Assembly (NCBI RefSeq): GCF_964194155.1
Contig: NC_135881.1
Location: forward strand, 75,578,001-75,642,000
Origin: Cetorhinus maximus
Lineage: Eukaryota
Direction: 5' to 3'
Length of the DNA stretch: 64,000 nucleotides
A program made the translations under genes and the position numbers. The notes beneath the pieces are model-generated. The model saw nothing but the letters and a program-made list of their open reading frames with translations. It did no database searches and was not told the DNA's origin. Positions 61,102-64,000 of this stretch are shown one piece after another. How positions within the stretch are numbered: the stretch's first letter is position 1; each line of letters opens with the position of its first letter.

Positions 61102-61350
61102 TGGTGCCCGGACCTTCGAGCCCGTCAGGTAATGGCGGGCAGTCAAATCTACTCCTGACCTACCAGGTGATTCAGAGATACTCGCCTGTGCATAATTAAT
61201 GAGCTTCCAAGTGCTGAATCAGCCGCGATTTCCTGCCATTCCAACCAATGGGATACGTAGCGTGGAACCTGCCCACCACGGCATTCAGTTTCAAAAACAG
61301 AAAATTCCGTATGATTTTGCAGATAACTTACATCATTTCTGCTTAAAACT

Positions 61351-62027
61351 GGGCAGAATTTTGCCCTTGATGGGCGGGTGGGCCCCACTGGCTCGGCGGT
61401 GGGGCGGGCAGCTGATCGCCGCCACCAAAGCTGGCCCCGCCGCCATTTTAAGTGGGCGGGCTGCCCGATGGGAAGCGCTATGCACTTCCTGTGTGACGGG
61501 GGAGGGATTCCCCAACTGCCAGGGTGCGCTTTTTCGTGTATGTGCACGAAAGAGCGCACATCTCCCTGAGACTAAGTGCTGCCTCAGGGAAATCGCTGAC
61601 AGTGTTTGAAAGTTTAAAAATAGAAAAATAAAGAAAATATTAACATGTCCCCCCTCATGTGACAATGTCACAGGAGATGGGACATGTTAATAAATATCAT
61701 AGAAACTTTATTAAAGTTTTTTAAAACAGACATGAATCTTCATCCTGCCGGTGGATGAGGTTTCATGTATTATCAGAAGCCCGCTGGAGCTCCTGGCGTG
61801 CCCGCCAGCCTTAAGGTTGGACGGGCAGGGCCTTTAATTGATTTAACTACCATGTCAACAGCCTCAACTGACCATTGACAGGTCGGCGGGCAGACAGCTG
61901 ATCGTGCTGTGCCCGCACCTTCCTGAATGTTTAAATGGGGCGGGATGACATCGGGGATTCCCCCTGCATCATTTTCGCGTCGGCAAGCGGGCCCCACCCC
62001 CAACTCGCCGACGGAAAAATTCTGCTC
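61351..62027 (+). mobile_element. Harbinger type-A-derived MITE (677 bp), TSD ACT
   Basis: TIRs GGGCAGAATTTT / AAAATTCTGCTC; ACT on both sides. Confidence 0.88.
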
Positions 62028-62207
62028 ACTATGTATTTAGAGATCCGTTGTTTTCCTTGTGCTGTTCATTAAACTAGGAGTAGTCAATTGATAATCTATA
62101 TTTTGAAGAGCCACAGTGCTGCTGATGGAATCCTTGAAATGACAATCTACATGTATGACAAATGAACATACTTCCAATTTCCATGACATTGTCACTGAAA
62201 ATTCCTG

Positions 62208-62386
62208 GACCAGGATTTTCGGCCCTGCCGCAGTGTGTCTCCCTGCCACCGCCGCACCCCCCCACCCCCCCCCACCCCCCCACTCCCCCACCCCCCCAGT
62301 GGATGTGGTGAGTCATTTATATCTCCATTCAGGTCGGCGGGACTGTAATATCCCGCCAGGTGGGAGGGGCCCGTAAAATCCTGGCC
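62208..62386. mobile_element. Small Harbinger MITE (179 bp), TSD CTG
   Basis: TIRs GACCAGGATTTT / AAAATCCTGGCC; CTG on both sides. Confidence 0.85.
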
Positions 62387-62411
62387 CTGAAGTTTGATTC
62401 AAGCACGCAAA

Positions 62412-62775
62412 AAATGAATGTTTGCATTTATAAAAAAATATTATCACCTCTCTCAGAAGTGTCTCACATACAAACACAGCAACCATTTTGAACATGAACA
62501 GCAAGTTCCCACAAACAGCAATACAATGGATATGTAGTTAATTTGTTTCGATGATAATGACTGGGGAAGAATGTTTGCAAGGTCACCAGGAGAACTTACT
62601 ATTTTCCTTTAAAAACACCATGCCGTGAGTTGGGACCTCGGGTTAGCATCTCATCCAAAGATCTGTAGCTCTGTCAGTCATATGGTGAAATATAAACTCA
62701 AATGTGGTGTAGGCCTTGTACCTCAGCCTGGACAAATAGTGCTGAGATTGCTACTAAATAAGCTGGACTGACATA
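62412..62775 (-). mobile_element. Degraded DeuSINE (SacSINE1-like)
   Basis: GACCTCGGGTTAGCATCTCATCCAAAGA resembles the Deu core as recalled; CAGCAAGTTCCCACAAACAGCAAT and an L2-type tail. Confidence 0.6.
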
Positions 62776-63453
62776 TTAGTGAGTAGCTAACAATCAGAAG
62801 GGCTCAAACAGGTAGAGTGCAAAATTCTGCAAATTTGTATCAAACAAAAACTTATTAGAGCTGCATGAGCATTTCGATGATTTAAAAATTGGACCCAATC
62901 TGCTGCTATTTATGTTGGCTCCATATTAGATTGCGCATAATGGAAGAGTTACCCAAATGTTTCCTGTGTTGGATACTGTTGAAATGCAGCTGCATCTAAT
63001 TGATCGTCAACAGGACGAAGTCCTTAAGCACAGCATGAATGATTTTTCATTGGAACAGTTTGGAGCCAAACATACCATTTTCTGCCTCGCTGTGAGCAGT
63101 TTGGGTTGTCATTTTCCAGCCATAAGTAATTTGAAGAGCAGCTCAATGGAAAGTTACTGCAGCATTATCTCCATGATGCTAGAGAAAGGTACTTGACTTT
63201 TGCACCCTTCCTTCCCATTAACTATATTGTGTTGCATTGAACTGTACCAGTTCTTAACTTGGTAATCAAATGCACTTGATTATGCAGTTTTTAGTGCTGA
63301 AGATTGTTTGAATTACAACAGGCAAATACTGTATTGCATATATTTTTCACTCCATTTTTATGTGTGGTGAGGACAGGAGCTTTTTTCTTTTTTCTTGCTT
63401 CCTCTCTTTCTCTGTCTCTTCCCATTAAAAGCCCTGCCTACTTATTTCACAGA

Positions 63454-63747
63454 ACTGCCTCAGGTAGATTAGCTTAAGTTTAAAAAATTTTAATAAGGGA
63501 AAAAAATTTTTTTAGGACATGTCCCCCCATGTGAAACTGTCACATGAGCTGGGACATGTCTATGAATTTTATTAACAAATGTTTTAAGCCTTTAAAAAGC
63601 TTCACGAAACCTTGCCCGCCCATGGATGAGGTTCCATGAAAAATGCAAAGGCTGCCTGGGCTCTTCGCCTGCCCGAAGTCACCACGTGTAATTTTACGCT
63701 TTGGCGAGCAGGCCCTGTCCCCGCTCGCTGAGCCAAAGATTCTGCCC
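63454..63747 (+). mobile_element. Partial Harbinger MITE (right part, internally deleted)
   Basis: Aligns to 61578-62027; TIR AAGATTCTGCCC followed by ATG. Confidence 0.78.
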
Positions 63748-64000
63748 ATGGAATTTACAGATTAAAGAGAGAGAAACATATATAAAGAAGCAAGAGAGGT
63801 GATGCTGTGGAGCCATGTAAGAACTAAAGGGAGTGTGTATAACAGCCTTGGGGAAGCTTCCAGCCATGTTTTCAAAAATCTGCCGTGTCCAGTAACTAAA
63901 GTTGGAGAAAAGCCTTTGTAATTCTGTTGTCGAGTGGGTGCTGTGGTAAATTTGTTGGCTTGCTATTTAAATTTTAAAATCTATTTTGGACTGTTGCCTT

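Larger units (their letters stand above)
53959..61312 (+). mobile_element. PIF/Harbinger element B2 (three-gene layout, decayed)
   Basis: Degenerate TIRs AGGTGGAACTTT / AAAATTCCGTAT, no TSD; ORF3 (-), transposase (+), Myb/SANT gene (-). Confidence 0.75.

Noticed and set aside
1-64000. CRISPR array, rRNA/tRNA genes or prokaryotic operons
   Set aside because: No regularly spaced repeat-spacer array or structural RNA gene seen; content is vertebrate-type transposons, and the tRNA-like segment at 20487 is a SINE head.

Overview
Repeat-dense eukaryotic DNA, most likely intronic or intergenic sequence of a cartilaginous fish. This is inferred from the mix of CR1, L2, Penelope, DeuSINE/LF-SINE-like and Harbinger repeats; no host gene could be identified. 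Most ORFs in the track are fragments or shadows of decayed transposons. The window holds four large decayed PIF/Harbinger elements of two kinds. Type A (12.3-16.3 kb and 43.0-47.5 kb) carries a DDE transposase and a convergent three-exon Myb/SANT gene. Type B (41.7-50.3 kb and 54.0-61.3 kb) carries the same two genes plus a third, antisense reading frame (ORF3) for a Pro/Val/Ile/Thr-rich protein I do not recognise. ORF3 is conserved at the codon level between the two B copies, has a more distant third homologue at 49.4-49.7 kb, and may lie inside the 5'-UTR intron of the transposase gene. Also present are Harbinger MITEs with variable 3-bp TSDs, short Penelope-derived inserts with hammerhead-ribozyme-like motifs and 14-15 bp TSDs, solo LTRs and many nested LINE fragments. 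All alignments were done by eye; repeat boundaries are approximate unless a TSD is quoted.
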